A DNA stretch of 64,000 nt from the NCBI GenBank assembly GCA_030141605.1, contig JAQGDQ010000241.1, forward strand, positions 62,001 to 126,000, in the 5' to 3' direction. The notes below the pieces were generated by a model that saw nothing but the letters and a program-made list of their open reading frames with translations, did not search any database and was not told the DNA's origin. Shown here piece after piece: positions 22,259 through 36,799 of this stretch. How positions within the stretch are numbered: the first letter of the stretch is position 1; each line of letters opens with the position of its first letter. Both the position numbers and the translations under genes were made by a program. The DNA is from Tubiluchus corallicola. Taxonomy: Eukaryota; Animalia; Priapulida.

Positions 22259-25200
22259 TATCTGCGTTTTGTTCCATACAATTTAGATGACTTCACACAT
22301 GTAAATTATTACAGATTCTGCAAAATTCACTGGCTCGATGTTAAATGTTAAGCTCCAAAGTGTGGAGAATATTAAAGTTATTACATTCAGTTGTGATTGC
22401 TGTTGTGACTCTTTGGCTAGAGTTAAAGTACAATTCTAATTTTTATGTAAAACTTGGATCTGTAACAGGTGTTAAAGGCACAAAATAATAATTAGGATTT
22501 GGAAATAGTCTAACACTGACAAATAATATAAATCCTATGCACGGACAGTTCACTTAAACGTTACAGAATAGGCATACATAAGATTTTAAGACTTATAAAA
22601 ATATAAGATTTTATTAATAGCCGCCTTGTGAATATGTTGTAAATAGACTGAACTTAGTAGCTTCGTTAAGATGCGTCATTGATTTTTATCTCTTTAATTA
22701 TCTTTTTAAGGTCCACTGATACCCTGGTAGACACTTGTTGTCAAAATTCACTACTGACTAGCGTGATACAAAAAATGGGTTTATTTCTTTATAAACTTAC
22801 GCATTTCGCTTTGATTAGCATTGAAGCACTTCAAATTTAGCGCCGCACAGACAACTCTCGACAAAGAAAAATCGAGGAAGAAAACGGAAGTGACATCCCG
22901 TAAGGAACGACACTGCGTATGTGTGACTCTCGCTGTATTTACATATGGGCAAAGTCAACCAGTAAGCCGATAATATATACAATAACACGTTTTCCAACAT
23001 ATAAAAAATGAACCAGTATCTTTGTGACTGCAGCTGAGTGTAAGCCTGTTCAATTATCCACGAATTGGAAAATGTGGGCCGCAGCATGTTTTTGGACTTG
23101 GCACCAGCAATGTTTCGAAGTAAGTTGTATTGTTTCTAGATCCCTGCGGATGGCACTGGGCCCTACAGGTGGCGTAAAATAGGACTATTTTATACTTTCC
23201 TTTTTTCTCCAGTTTAAAAATTCATAAATTGTGGATTCATCCCACGGTCCAATTAATTATAATGATCTTCAAGTGAGATTAGAAATACGTAATTAATGAG
23301 CTCGATGACGTCTTAAATGCATCCAATGTTAGCATGTTTAAGAAACCAATAAAAGAAAAATTGCTCAAGCAATTTATTTGTAATGACAATCTTTGTAGGT
23401 AGACATAGCTTGGTGAAAGAACACCGCATTGGACTGATCACGAAGAAACCATACGCTGAATTTTAATTGGTGAGCAGTGGATTCTAGACAGTCCATGCAC
23501 TAATTTTATTTCAGCATTATGTTTGGCATGTTTTACAAATGTCCGCAGCGAGGTTCGTTCGGTGGAATATAAGAACGATTTAAAGGGTGAATAAAGGGAA
23601 TTTTAAAGTCTGTTTAAAAACGATTCATGCAAAGTCATATTACTCAGCATTACATTTTTTCAAACTTTACGCAGTATTATCTAAATCTGTAGCAAACGAT
23701 TTGCCGTTAAAATAGCTGCGCCTAACGATCATGGCGGAAGGTTTAATTCACTAGTTTTAGGTAGCGTTACTGCTAAAGCAACCTCTGTATAAAATAGGAC
23801 AGCAGTATTAAATTTTCAAGAAGAATTTTTTAAGATTTACGTAGGGTGTTTACTTTTGCATTTTGAAGCAAGACATTTTATGCGCGAATATTGTGTGATA
23901 ATGTTAATACAAGCATTTCTAAATGTACATTAAAGCACAATGAACGTTTTTCGAGTGTTGGTTATGCCTTTAAATTTTGATACCTACTTTGAAGAAAAAG
24001 TGAAAAAGCTGGAATGGACCTTAACGTTTGTTTACGATGATGTTGGTGCATGAGTGAAATATTGTACCTGGCGGAAAGGTGAGTGCCACAGCAACAGTGC
24101 TGAAATTTAAAGCTTTATTATTACTCATAATTATTATGAGAAAAAATGTGGGATATGGAAGTGTTAATGTTTTACTCCTAAGCAACTGGCACCACTTCAT
24201 TGTTTGTTTGTTTAGTTGGTTAGTTAGTTTGGGTGACCTGTATGTTAGATAGCTGGCTAGTCAGACGAACTTTGGTTAGTAGGTTGCTTCCTTCATTTGT
24301 TTGTTTATTCGTCAATTTTGCATAGTCTCTGAATTCAACACTAAGAAGATAGAGAAAAATACATTTTAGCAACTTTTTGCCCAAACTTAGATAGTTACCC
24401 CACCAAATTCCATTCTTCACTCAGTTGCTATGCTACCTTCCACCGTGTAATGTGTTCACCAATGTCACCAATAATCAACAATGCGCTTACATGCTACTTC
24501 TTCCTAAACTACCTACGATATTTATCTGTTTTGAGGACTAATTTCTGTTATGGATCAGATTACTGTCTGCTCAGTCTGTAAAAGGTAAGGGACATTCGAT
24601 GTTGACAATAATGACAACTTTATGATTAATTCTTTCAACAATTTTGGACAGTTGTGCAATTTAGAAAGTGTAGATGTTTTATAGTTAAAAGCATCGTTTT
24701 AATGAGCATTAATTACTCGTAGAATCATCACTGGTGTAATAATTGCTTCGCCGTTTTGCTGTGGCATTGTTCAGGCAATATGGTTACGTTTGGCGCAACT
24801 TGTTTGTCTTCATTTACAATACCCCCAAAATTAAAATGACAGAGACTACGGGAAACAAGGAAAATTCTAGTGACTCATTTAAAAAATAAGACTGTGTTTA
24901 GTAATATAATTCAAAACGGCGTATTTACAACTTCACGGAATGGAAAAATGGAATTTTGTTTTACACGAAGAGTTTTAACAGTTTGTGGAGGAATTTCATT
25001 ACAATAAGAGAACTTTAGTAAGAAAAATTACAGATATGCAAATGGAACTTTAGTGCTCTTAAAATGGAACAACAAAGTGACAGATATAAATTTAATAATA
25101 AATGTAATGATATGGAACACAATGGTCTGCTTTGTAAGTAGGGAGTTCCAAGTTCAATCTTATCTCAGGAGTGCAGCTCACACGACATCTGAATCCCTAA

Positions 25201-25388
25201 AGCTAGAGAAGCTACCGAGCATATTTGTAGTAAGGCAAAGTTAAAGCAAAGAAAGAAATATGACGGTGGAGACATTATTGTGAAACATTGGACTAGTGGC
25301 GTCCTCGTGTGCAAAAAGTAAGCAGTTGGGATTTCAGTGTAGCAACGTGTATTAATTCTTATAATATACTGAATATCACAAAGAGTCT

Positions 25389-25566
25389 CAGCAAGTAAAT
25401 GTGAACGTGTGAACGGTTCAACAAGTAAATGTGAATGGCTAAACAAGTGACTGTGAATGGTTCAACAACTGAATGTGAGCGGTTCAACAAATGAATGTGA
25501 ACAGTTCAGCAAGTAAATGTGAACGGGTCAAAAAGTGAAATTGAACGGAACAGCAAGTTAATGTAA
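25389..25566. repeat. 21-bp minisatellite, about 8 degenerate copies
   Basis: Consensus approximately GTTCAACAAGTAAATGTGAAC. Confidence 0.8.
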
Positions 25567-26439
25567 ATTAATGTAAATGGCGGTCGATGGTTGTAGTGGC
25601 CCGCAGCCTCAGCACAAATTATTCAGTGCCTAAAATAGAAAAAAATGGAGATGAAAATGTGGCCTAATTTGCGAGTTCTAGTCCCAAGGTCTCAATTTCA
25701 AATCTTAAATTCATCACAATTTTTAGCGTCCACTTAGCTACTAGGTTTACCATTGTTGAACAGAAACGAAAAATATTTGTATTAGCTTAAACCTGTAAAA
25801 TCCAATTGTTGAGTAGTGGCTAGTAAATATAGTAGATATTTAAATTTATTTGACATTAAATTTTGTTTATCAGCACCTCAATATTCTTGATATTGCATAC
25901 AGCCGTAAAAGAGGTGGGCTTCTAGTATGTTTGAAATAATACAGCAGACGAAGTAGGATTTGCATCCGATAAAACGACAAATGAATAATACTAATACAGT
26001 GTATTTGACTTAAAGAAATTGTAAAGCAATTTTTGGCGAAAATGTTACTCATTAATTGTACGTACCGTGCAAGAGTTACTAACTGTTGTCGACATCAGAT
26101 TTTTATTGTCCTAGAACCCATAATTATTTAAAATTGTAATACAAATATGTGAGAGTTTGACAAGCAAAAACTCGATTTATGTCAGTTTAATTTTTTGGCC
26201 TCAGTGACATTTACAGGTTGTAATTCATAGCAGCAACATTCTTTTGCTTTTAACTTTTACACAACATGTCATTTTTGTATGATGGATAATTATCTGATGT
26301 TTATCTTTGACTGAGAAATATTTATACACAAAGCACATTAAGCAATAGTGTAAGATTTAATACCAGCGCCTCCTGCCACGAAGTTGAATGGGTGGCAGGG
26401 TCGCCCTCCTCAGCGTGTGCTCCCATGCCGGAGATAAGG

Positions 26440-27215
26440 AGCTGAGTCTGAGGGAACATTTTAAATCCAAACAGCCACACTTGATGAAATTTGTTTCCTT
26501 TGTAGCCAAGAACCTTGGATTTTGCTTTCCATTTTGGATAAAACGGAAGGTGGTAGAATCTGCACTGCTCTCGTCCATACTTTATGGGTGCGAAGGCTGG
26601 ATATGTGGCAGTGCTCGTATTGGCGAGGTTCCGTACGGCAGTACTATTAAAGCTCTACTGGGGGTTTGTACTTCTACCACAAACGACGTTTGTTTGCTAG
26701 AACTTGACAAGCTTTCACTTGAAACGAGGGTAAAAAACGTACAAAAAAAGTTTGTTTCGAAATTGGTAAACTAGTGTCACGCTATGACGGATGACCCGTT
26801 TATGCTGGTATGGAATTTATGTGAAGATACACGAACAAAGGGACACAAATATTTATATAGTGTTATGTCTACAACGGATCATGTACAGACAGATGTAGAG
26901 AGACGAAAGACTCATGTCCGAGTTTCTAATCGTACAAAATTCAAGACTTATTTGGAAATAAATCCCAATTTGTCTGTGCATCCAATGTATGGGAAGACAG
27001 AGTGACCTGAGCACAAACGTATATTCATCACAATAATAAGGGTCTCATCTGACAATTTAGCTACAGAAACAGGTCGTTGGGTAAAAATGTACCTCGTGAG
27101 CGAAGGCTGTCTTTGTGGAGAAATGCAGACAGAAGAGCATTTTTGTGCGAGTGCCTCGAAAATGCACTTCATAGATCACTGTACGCGTTAATGCAAATTT
27201 ATTTGATGGAGAATT
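26440..27215 (+). mobile_element. Decayed non-LTR retrotransposon ORF2 C-terminal region
   Basis: SALLSSILYGCEGW...KALLGV...KFKTYLEINP...RVSSDNLATETGRW...CGEMQTEEHF, with in-frame stops at 26772 and 27003 and frameshifts. Confidence 0.8.
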
Positions 27216-28541
27216 AATGTCAATTGTAAATTTCAATTTCGACTGTATGCATAGATTTTTGAATTAAATAGTATAGTTTTGTTAGCGGACATATAACCGC
27301 ATCATTGTGATTATCATATAGGTAAAATATTTGTTCATCAAATGTGAACAAATGCTTAGTTAATAGTTTCTTTCGCTTCATAGAGTTTAAAACTGAATTT
27401 GTATATATGTGTATATACCTCGTGCAGCTATGTTGGGTCAAATCGTTAGAATGATCTGGAAATCATTACCCGAGCTTTGTTCGCTGATAAAACCATCGGG
27501 TGTACGTTGATTTTTTAATTTCCGTGTAAGAAATTTTATTTGCAGAAATGAAATATCTATCTATCTCTCTACTGAAACATTTGACACTTTTCAATAAGTC
27601 ATTAAATTTAACGTTTAGGTATGGTATAGCGCGTTTTCGTTTTTTACCAGCGATGTTCAACCATTTATTGCATTTTTGAAACATTTTTTGACTTTTTGCA
27701 ATTGACGGTTGCTGAAAATGGTTGAATGTTAGCAAAGGAATTTTAGCTTTATTACTTTTTTGCCTTGTATCTATTTAAATTTTAAATTACGATCACTGTT
27801 GCTTTTATGGTTGATAATGTTTTTATTGATGTAATAATGCAAGCTGAAAAACGCGAGCTTAAGTTAAGAATAATAAAAAATTCTGATGTAGAATCAAATT
27901 AAACATGTCTTAATTTAATATGTTACGGCACTTTCTTGAAACATAGTGACACAGAATCTAATGTGTAATATTTGTCCATCGGCAAATTTGAAACAAAAGT
28001 TCAGTAACAAATTGTAAAATTTCTTATCAAAGACGTGAAATATGCAACTCGAATAGTATCCTTTTAAATGAGAATTTAAAGATTTTCGAATGAACTTCCG
28101 AATCATTAATGAAAAAAGCAGTCTCGCAAATATAGTGCATGTTAGTTGATTTTGTTTTACAGTAAAAACACCAATATAATGTCATTTGCTTAAAAACTGT
28201 GCACAGCTTAATTGGGCTGCTAACACGCCGTTGTTAACGTTTTAGCGATAAAGAACTTTATATATTTTTTGTATTTGTAGTGGCGAATCATTTGATTCCA
28301 TTACTTAAGGCTCAAATTGAATTTCAACATTCAATGCTCACTCTTGTTTTAGTTAGGCCTTCTGCCCTTGTGACAAAGTTAGACACAATAGTATCTAATT
28401 TTAATTTTATTATTATTACTTATTACAGTAGTAACAATAATAGCAAACATTGTAAAAATTAATTGTTAGGCTGCTACACGCGGAGCTGCTTACTGCGATT
28501 GCACATTCAGTGTACGTAGTGGCGTGCGCGTGAAAACGAAG

Positions 28542-28546
28542 CCAAT
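28542..28546 (+). promoter_or_regulatory. CCAAT box in a CpG-containing patch upstream of MANBAL
   Basis: ggcgtgcgcgtg...gCCAATggg about 45 nt before the ATG. Confidence 0.3.
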
Positions 28547-28590
28547 GGGCAAAATAGTAGGTACGATACTGCAATGTTCTACGTAGAAAA

Positions 28591-31296
28591 ATGGAGTCGC
28601 TACAGACTTTACTAGCTTATGATTCCTTTGCAGATCACATTATTTATTACGGATTATGGTTAGGTGCTGTATTTCAGTTGGTATGCATCGGAGCTATTTT
28701 TTTCATAAAAGATCCAGAAGACAAAAAGGTAATCCTGCATTACAATCTGTTTTTCATGTAAATAAGAACGATACAATGCTGTAAAACCTCAATGAAAGTG
28801 TTATTATTAGTAATTACCTAGTGATAAGACCCTGGATCTTTTAAAAACATTTGAAGCTGAGTCATCAGTGATGATCAGGAATACTATAAAATATCAAAGT
28901 AAAAGGCACAAGACTTTGCTAGTTACCTGATACAAATTACAGTGTTAGTTTATCTATAATTCGCGCAGCTATCGTTCGACAGTGAAATTTAGGATAATGC
29001 GTGATAGTTTGTGACCACCTCACACAGTCTTAATAAATAATCTATTCTCTTTGATTTTCATAAAATTTGACATTATCTGATTTAGACAGTGTGGCAGAAT
29101 CTGTCCAGGATTTTCAACTTGAAAAAAATAGAGCTTTTACTTTTAGAAGTGTCCACATATCTCATTGTTAGAATGTGTGTACATTCATTCCTAGCAGGCT
29201 CACTTATATGTAAAAGCTCGGAAACTCCATATTAACATTTCAGCTAGAGCATGGACGACTGACATGTTTGCCTTTGCCACTAGCACAATGTTAATATTAC
29301 TAACATCTAATTAGAGGAGACTGACTGGGTGACTGTATGGTCTTTCGTCATCTCTGCTCATATTAATCTGTATCATATACACTGACACCTTAATTACTGT
29401 ATTAAGTTTGTGAAACTAAATAAATTTTCTATTACTATTACTATTACTGACATTATGTTAGTGAAGTTAAACTTATGAAGCCTTGTACATTCCGAAACTT
29501 TCACATAAGGAAAAGCTTTTACATAACTTAATTATTTATGCATGCATGTGTGTGTACAGTACAGTGTTGACTTAAGACATAGACATAGACATAGACATTT
29601 TTATTTATCTCCTCATTTACACCAGTATACAAATTGACTATTATTTTTATAGTTATTGATTAAAAAGGATAAATTAAGCATAAAGGAAAGAGTTAAGGGG
29701 GGTGCAGGAGAAAGGGTAGCAAAAGACCAATTGGTCATCGAGTCAGCTACCCTTCTCAGTTTAGTGTAAATTGTAAAAAAATTTTAGTGCTGCTGTTAAC
29801 ATGAATTTATGGGGGAATATATTAAACATGAAAGCTAAATAACTAAATAAGAAATGCAACAAAGAAATAAAATAAAATAAAAAAATCGGAAGACTGGATC
29901 TGGGAAAACTGCGGAAAACCGCGGCCCTGCCGCAAAATCTAGATACGGCTGTAACACCGACCATTGAATGTGTTATTTAGCCACTATGTGCATCTCACCT
30001 TGGCATTCTTGTTCTCCAGAAATGGAAGTTAGAAGTTTTGCAAAAAAGGGCAAAAAATGGGCCATTTTTGGAGTTCTTTTGTTCCCGTTCCCCTCAGTGA
30101 TCCTGTTTCGAAAAATAAACCATCATTGAGATGATACTCGACTGGACCTATCGTTTGATATGCGTATGCGGATTGCTGCAAATATTGCCGTCGAAGAAAC
30201 TGCTCAAATTAATTATAAGATTTTAAGAAACCAGCTCGTTAATTATGTAGACACGTGCAAAACCTGTTGTTGTATATCTAGTGGGCATTAATGAAAGGAT
30301 ATAGTTCCTTTGCTCAGTGTATTATGTTTTAGTATCATAACATATTTTTGAGGGTTTTTGTATGGGGACTATATCTGTTTTTACAGCATCCTGTGTCTAC
30401 TTCAAAGTTTATGCCCAACTATTTCTTGTCATGTATCTTGGCCCACATTAAAATTGACCATATTTACAGTGTAGGACAACAATGCAAAGTCAAGGTAGTC
30501 ATTTTATTATAAAAATTCAACAGCTTTGTTTTCTGCATTTAGCAAAAAAGTCAAGTAGCCTATTAGGTTGATATTTCTGTGAAACAATTTGACTAAACTT
30601 CCTTGGAAGCCATTTTTAAATGCACAGCTGTCTGTTGCACAAATGTCAAATCGTTAAATTAATACATCTTCACAAATTTCATATACATTAGTTTAAAGTA
30701 TATGTACTTCATGTCTGTATAACGTAACAAATTCTTAAGAAAACGGCAATAAATCAATGCCATACATACACCAAAAAATTGTAACTCTAGTCTAATTTAA
30801 TTTAGCTTTTTCCATTTTTAGTTCTGCTTTAAAGTTACAACATTTTTAATTTGTATACAAATTTAAAAATGTATAAGCTTATATAGTATTGGAGAAACAA
30901 ATTTGCAAGAGAACTTTTCTAGTTAAATAATTGTGCTTTTGATGTAGTGTTTTTGCAAGATGTTGAATTTATGTGCGAGTGACCTGTTTGCTTTATGTAT
31001 ATAGTAAAAACACGGCTGCTCTTAGAAGTGCTTAGTGTTACCTGCATAGAGGAAACTGTAAATCTCATTTAACAGAATTAATTAGTGATATTGCTCTGTG
31101 TTGGTGACATTTGTGCCATCTATTAGCAAAACTGAATTTACTAAATTGTATTTTGTAACTTTGCTTTTTTAATGACTGATCTCTTTATTTTCAGTGCTCA
31201 AACGAAAGTGAGTCTGACACTTCAACAGGCAACGCTAGTCCGTCGCGGCAACACCCGACCAGAAAAGGCAAACATGAGAAGAAGAAAAGGCGGTGA
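28591..31296 (+). CDS. MANBAL: MANBAL / UPF0239 family small single-pass membrane protein, 79 aa; exons 28591-28728 and 31195-31296
   Basis: MESLQTLLAYDSFADHIIYYGLWLGAVFQLVCIGAIFF matches the family motif YGL-x-LGA-x-FQL-x-C; basic tail HEKKKRR*; phase-0 intron AAG|gtaatc ... tttcag|TGC; not correctly represented in the ORF track. Confidence 0.9.
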
Positions 31297-33326
31297 CAAA
31301 GTACAAAAACTCATGCGAATCGAACACCTTTGTATGAGACTGTGGCACTTCTTCTCAGCCTATGGAGTGCGATGAAGAATATTCAAAAATATCATTCATA
31401 AAGATATTGTGTATGTCTTTGATCATCGGGAAAGCTACTCTTGATATAGAGATTTGTAATATAGAGATATTGTTCAGCAGAAAAGGTTGATCATACGCTG
31501 CTTAAGATTCCATTTCCACCCATATCAATATGATATCTAGTCTAGTAGCTATATATGATTTATTTAATGATAACAAACATTTCACTTTAATGATGGAACG
31601 AACCCACAATTAGTTGAATTTTTTGAAACCAAACTTACTTGAAAGATAGGAACTTTGAAAAGTTACGATATAGTCAGTACTTGAACCAGAGACGTTCCAT
31701 TGGAAAACTACACTACCATGTTCCGAGCGATTCTGACATGTCCTAGTTAACCATTTCGACTGACCAACCATTTTTGAATTTCCTAGGTTAATTCAAATCC
31801 AACTTCACATAGAAATAAGTTTGGTTTCAAAAATTGCAATTCATTTTGGGTTTTTTCAATCATTAATAAACAACCTTGAAATATTTTCCCAGTTTAATTT
31901 TAGTGATTGGGTACACTGTTCTTTAAACATTTTTAGGTGCAATTTTTATAGCCAGTTTCAGAACAAGCTTAAACACTCAACTTTACATTTCAAGATAGTC
32001 TAGCAAGATTTATAAATATTTTGTAGTGTGATAGAAACTCGTAACAAAATGTGCTTTTCCCACGGTTTTGCACATTATGGGTGCCGTGCACTATTTTAAT
32101 ACTGTTTTGTACGTCTTGTACATTCTACACATTTAAGAATGCACTTTATGTTGATTTGATAATGGAATTGCGATGTTTTCTATGAAAAAGTATATGTATT
32201 TTTATGTTAATGGTGATACTAAAACGTCTCACTGTTATTATCGGCATGTTGTCATTTTATAACTTGTGATTTAATAACATTGTTTTGTTGACTTGAAAAT
32301 AATTTGTCTCTGTTATATATATTTGTAATAAAAAGGTGTGCGACAGGATGTTTTCCACAAAATTTTACTAGCTTGTCATTGAATAGTTTTGTCGTTTGTG
32401 CACTACATATAGTATTTTTATACAGTGAATCATGAATCTCGTAGTAGGCAAAACGTTTCAATTGTGTTATAATTAAAACATATCACAATGCAATGCATAA
32501 ATGTGTAGTTTTAAGTATGTTTAATTGAAAATCATAATTTTTGCTGATTTTAGCATGGGCTAAGCATATCATAACTACAATTTTATGCATTTTAACTGTT
32601 CTATATGAATATATATACACACATATATATATATATATATATTATGATACACATATATAATAGCATTTATAACCACTTTGTGTAGTAATTATTAGATTGT
32701 ACTGTATACCACTGTTACTGTTACTGTAATCACTGCTAGATTGCATTGTTTATTTATATCTTGTGAAAACACTAGAGAAACAGATCGATTAATGCTCTTT
32801 ACGTTGCAAACGTTAAAATTCGGACCTAAAGTAATTGAAATATTGGAATTGGAGGTACCATGTGGAATAGGTGCTTGTAGAATTCGAATATTTTTGCCAT
32901 GGTTTAATGCGTATCGATGTATGATTTTTTATCAGAGTCAAGAATATTAACAATATTGATGAATGGGATTTGTAATTTACGTTACTGAAGTAGCCCATGA
33001 GCCTAAAAATCATAGTAGGGTAGTTCTATATTGACATGTTTATTGAGCATAAATTTCATTTCGGCTATCATAGCCAATTTCAATACTATAAATCAAGCCA
33101 AAACAGGAATAATTTGTACGTTGACGATACTAAGATATAAAGGCACAAAATGTAATTACAAATCAGCATATTAAAATTAAAAGTGTCAAAATAAATGTGG
33201 GTGTGACTAAAAGAAATTATAGTGAAATGTAAAAAATCTTTACCTTAAATATAGGAATGATCTTAGCGCACTAATCGATTACTATGTTCAATAAACATGT
33301 TGATTCCTACAGGCTGGCTCTTTCAT

Positions 33327-33333
33327 GTATATA

Positions 33334-33385
<52 letters not shown>
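33327..33385. repeat. (TA)n/(CA)n microsatellite
   Basis: Visible in sequence; similar tracts near 32608-32660 and 42120-42138. Confidence 0.85.
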
Positions 33386-33386
<1 letters not shown>

Positions 33387-34758
33387 GTTTCTATATTGGT
33401 TTCTGTTACTACAAGTAAAATCTGTCTTAATCTTAGTCATTTTGACTAATTTGTTATAAAAATCAACTTCCTGCCTGTTATTATTGTTATCATCTTGGGA
33501 GATATGCATAATGTATTTTTAATCTGTGGCAGGTAGCAACAATGTTAAGGGAAAGGACAAATCACTTAGCATGTTGGATTTATTTTACTGTTATCACTTA
33601 AACTCAGAAAAATGTAACAAAGAAATTTGCACAAATACTTGCTATAAAGGATAAAGTCAATTAATCGGGATTCAATAATGGGGATTTAAGATTCAATTAA
33701 TGGGATTTCACGAAGAATGTGCATTCAGTATGCCAATTGTACAATGATCGCGATTTTAAAGTGATTTTACTAATTATACGAGACGTTTGTCACACTTTTA
33801 TTACTAAATCCTTCTGATATTTTTTCAAACATTGGAATAAGCCTAACCTGGATGAAGACTTGGCCTTTCCTTTAATATCATTCCAGCCTGGATGACTAAC
33901 AAAAAAATCTGTGGATCACCAGCCCTAGAATTAACCAGGGACTTGTCTTGGAATTCAGATCGAAGCCTTGTTTTTGCTTTCTGGTCTGGGAACCACGATT
34001 TTTTTCTGGCGTGCTGAAGACTAAAATTCTCCCAGCTTTGAAAATGTGTAGAATATTATAGATTTGCTGAGAATATACGAACGGAACTATTCAATAATTC
34101 TCAACCACTTTTTAATCTATTGTTTGTTTTCGAAAAAAGTCCAGCATGTATTGACAATGGGTGCTCCACCTTGGTACTAATGGCCACCGTTGTTCCTTAA
34201 ATCTGTGAAATTTGGGATCATAAAATCTGTTTTACAGACAGTGTGCATCTGCCAAACACGTTCCACACATGCCTTGCCCCTCAGCTTTTCTCAGCTTCAC
34301 TTATTTTCGCCTAACATATTTTTGTTTTATTCTAGTCAGCTATTTGGATACTCACAAAAGAATTGTAGTGTTTGCTTGTATGTATCATTGTACAGGAATA
34401 GTACTTCATTTCACAGTTGCGGCTGACACACAGAACTTTACTTCCCAGTCATTTTGCCAGTCATTGTTGCATATATTTTATACTCTGACCGCTTACAATG
34501 TATGTTAAATAGTAATTAAATCAGTAAAGACTTGTCGACATTGCCATGGCAAAATCATGAGATAGCAAATTTACATCTGAATCGTAAGCATTGTGGTAAA
34601 TAATAAAATGACTTGAATTTTATAATAAAATTGTGAATGAACAGTTAATTACTACTTTTTCTGTGTTTCAGTTATAACCAGTAGTGTATAAACCTTGAAA
34701 AATTTTTCAGAGAGGCTAATTGATTGGCAAGTAGGCATGGAGCGGCTGGCTGTATGAT

Positions 34759-35053
34759 TACTCAGGCAGCACAACAATAGTACACCAATGTTGTCTCACA
34801 ATATTTTTTTGCAAATATGGATACCATATGGTAATGTTGACTTGCTACAACATTGTACCAATATCTTTTGTCAATATGTGTAAACCACGTGTTTCCAATA
34901 TTGGACGACAGTATTGGTCCAATGTTGTACCAGTATTCGGCAAAAATATCTTATGTTGTACCAACATGGTGGCAATAATTTCTAAACAATTTTTTGTCTA
35001 GATCCTGACAAGATCGTTACCACATGGTGACAATATTGTTTGCTGCTTGGGTA
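34759..35053. mobile_element. MITE-like element with about 20-bp terminal inverted repeats and internal CAATATT/CAACAT subrepeats
   Basis: TACTCAGGCAGCACAACAATA ... TATTGTTTGCTGCTTGGGTA. Confidence 0.65.
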
Positions 35054-36207
35054 ACTGACTACCTTGATGACCAATTGACAAACTAACTGAGAGTTGAAGT
35101 TACGCAATATTATTAAAGAGAAACGAAATTAGTTTCCAATGATCGTACTACGTGTACCAGATTAACAGATCAAGTTAGCATGAATCTACCTATATATCAG
35201 TTTTACCAAGTAGCAAGATAAATTTTCGATGTGTAGTCTTTATTAGAGCCAACAACTGCTGAAACTCTGATATTCGGCTAGGTAACTTGTCATGGTCCGT
35301 GAACGCAGTCCACACCTCAGAGCACAGAGTTTAACGTCTATGGATAAGGGAGAGTAGTTCTGAGTGGGTGAAGTGTGTGCCTAAGCCATTCATTGCTTTT
35401 CAGTATTCTGTGAGAATACCGAGTTTTGTGTAACGAGGAAGTGCATGTTATCAGTATTTGTGAAGTGTCTTGTTACAATAAAAACGAACAAAAAAGATAG
35501 TTGATTCTTGGAAAACTCGCAGATACCGGTAACTATTAGTTTTTATACGGGTCTTTTATAGAAGCATTCGTTGTTTGAAATACATGTACTAATAATACGA
35601 CTAATTATAATAATAAGTTTGTTTTTTAATTTTCAGAGGGCTATTTTTGTTTGACTTTTTCTTCTTGTTATTACAAACCTTTTTTATGGATTTAAAGTTA
35701 TTATTACCTGGAATGATGATAGTCAAAACTTTTACAGACAAAACGCATATGAAGTTTCCTATTCCATGTAAAAACCTGCAGTAATTATAGTTTCTGTTAC
35801 GTAATTGTAATTACCAACCGTTGCAGATCTTTTTTTAATTCCCAAAATTTAATGATTAGCTAGTCAGTTTTTTAGTAGTAAATAAGTAATAAATAAATAA
35901 AGAAGTAATAATTTAACTAGTAAATAAGCTAATATTTTGCTGATTAGTATGTAACCTGTTGTAATGTCTATGCACCAGTAAACTGCATTGTAACAACTTT
36001 TTGGCATTTTCGATAAAACGATTGAACTGCGTCGACATGATAGCTATCTGGCAGGAGAAGCAGCAAACAATCACTTTTAAAACTGAATAATAGTCGGTTT
36101 ACCCAGATGTAAAAATGTTTATCCAATTTTTTATAAATGCTGTTAGTATAGTCATACGTGAGTCTATACCAGAATTTTTTTAATTTAAATAAGTTCTCTT
36201 CACCAGA

Positions 36208-36280
36208 CGGTAGCTGTAGCCTAATGGTTGGCGCACCTGCATACCGCCTGGGCTGCAGGTTCGATACTGTAGTTGGTGAC
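36208..36280 (+). other. tRNA-like head (probable SINE or tRNA pseudogene); similar heads near 16122-16197 and 2975-3050
   Basis: A box TAGCCTAATGG and B box GGTTCGATAC; no valid anticodon or acceptor stem. Confidence 0.45.
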
Positions 36281-36799
36281 GCAGTGTTAGTGACTGCGGA
36301 TTATCCTATATTTATAATCGAAATGATAACGCATAGCAAAGTTTTTTACTTATCGAAATTAAAGTTTGCTTTTAAGGTAGATTAATATTTAAAAACCATG
36401 TAAGGGCTCTTAAATTTTGTCCTATATGCGAGTGAACTGGTTCACAATAATCCCTAAACTGACACTGAAGAGTCGCCTAAGAAATTCACTGAAATTAAAA
36501 GTATCCGCTTTCTTAAATTATCTTTTAGTTTTTTGTGGTTACACAAGATTGAAAAACGCCCACCCATGTGTATAATTATATTCTCTTAGTTATGAATATG
36601 AATGCTGTTTTACAGGGACAATAGAAAATATTAATTTCAATGGCAATCTGAAAACATTCATGCGTGACAAAAATGCTAAAAGTATCTTATTTTGAAACAA
36701 CGAAAAATAGTTATGTGCGACAATTTTGTTTCTGATTAAATCAATCTGCGTGTCTAGATCAGGCAAGCCTCTCTAACCTGTGAACACGAAATAATGCTA

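Noticed and set aside
22105-22296. Minus-strand PRPRP-rich ORF
   Set aside because: Antisense of the (GR)n terminal exon
23600-25330. Scattered donor-like sites and short Cys/Trp-containing frames suggesting a decayed gene
   Set aside because: No consistent exon chain or recognisable domain could be assembled
25389-25566. Regularly spaced repeat as a CRISPR array
   Set aside because: Contiguous 21-bp units without unique spacers, in eukaryotic DNA
33800-34400. Possible minus-strand LINE remnant
   Set aside because: Only faint similarity with many stops; not supportable by eye
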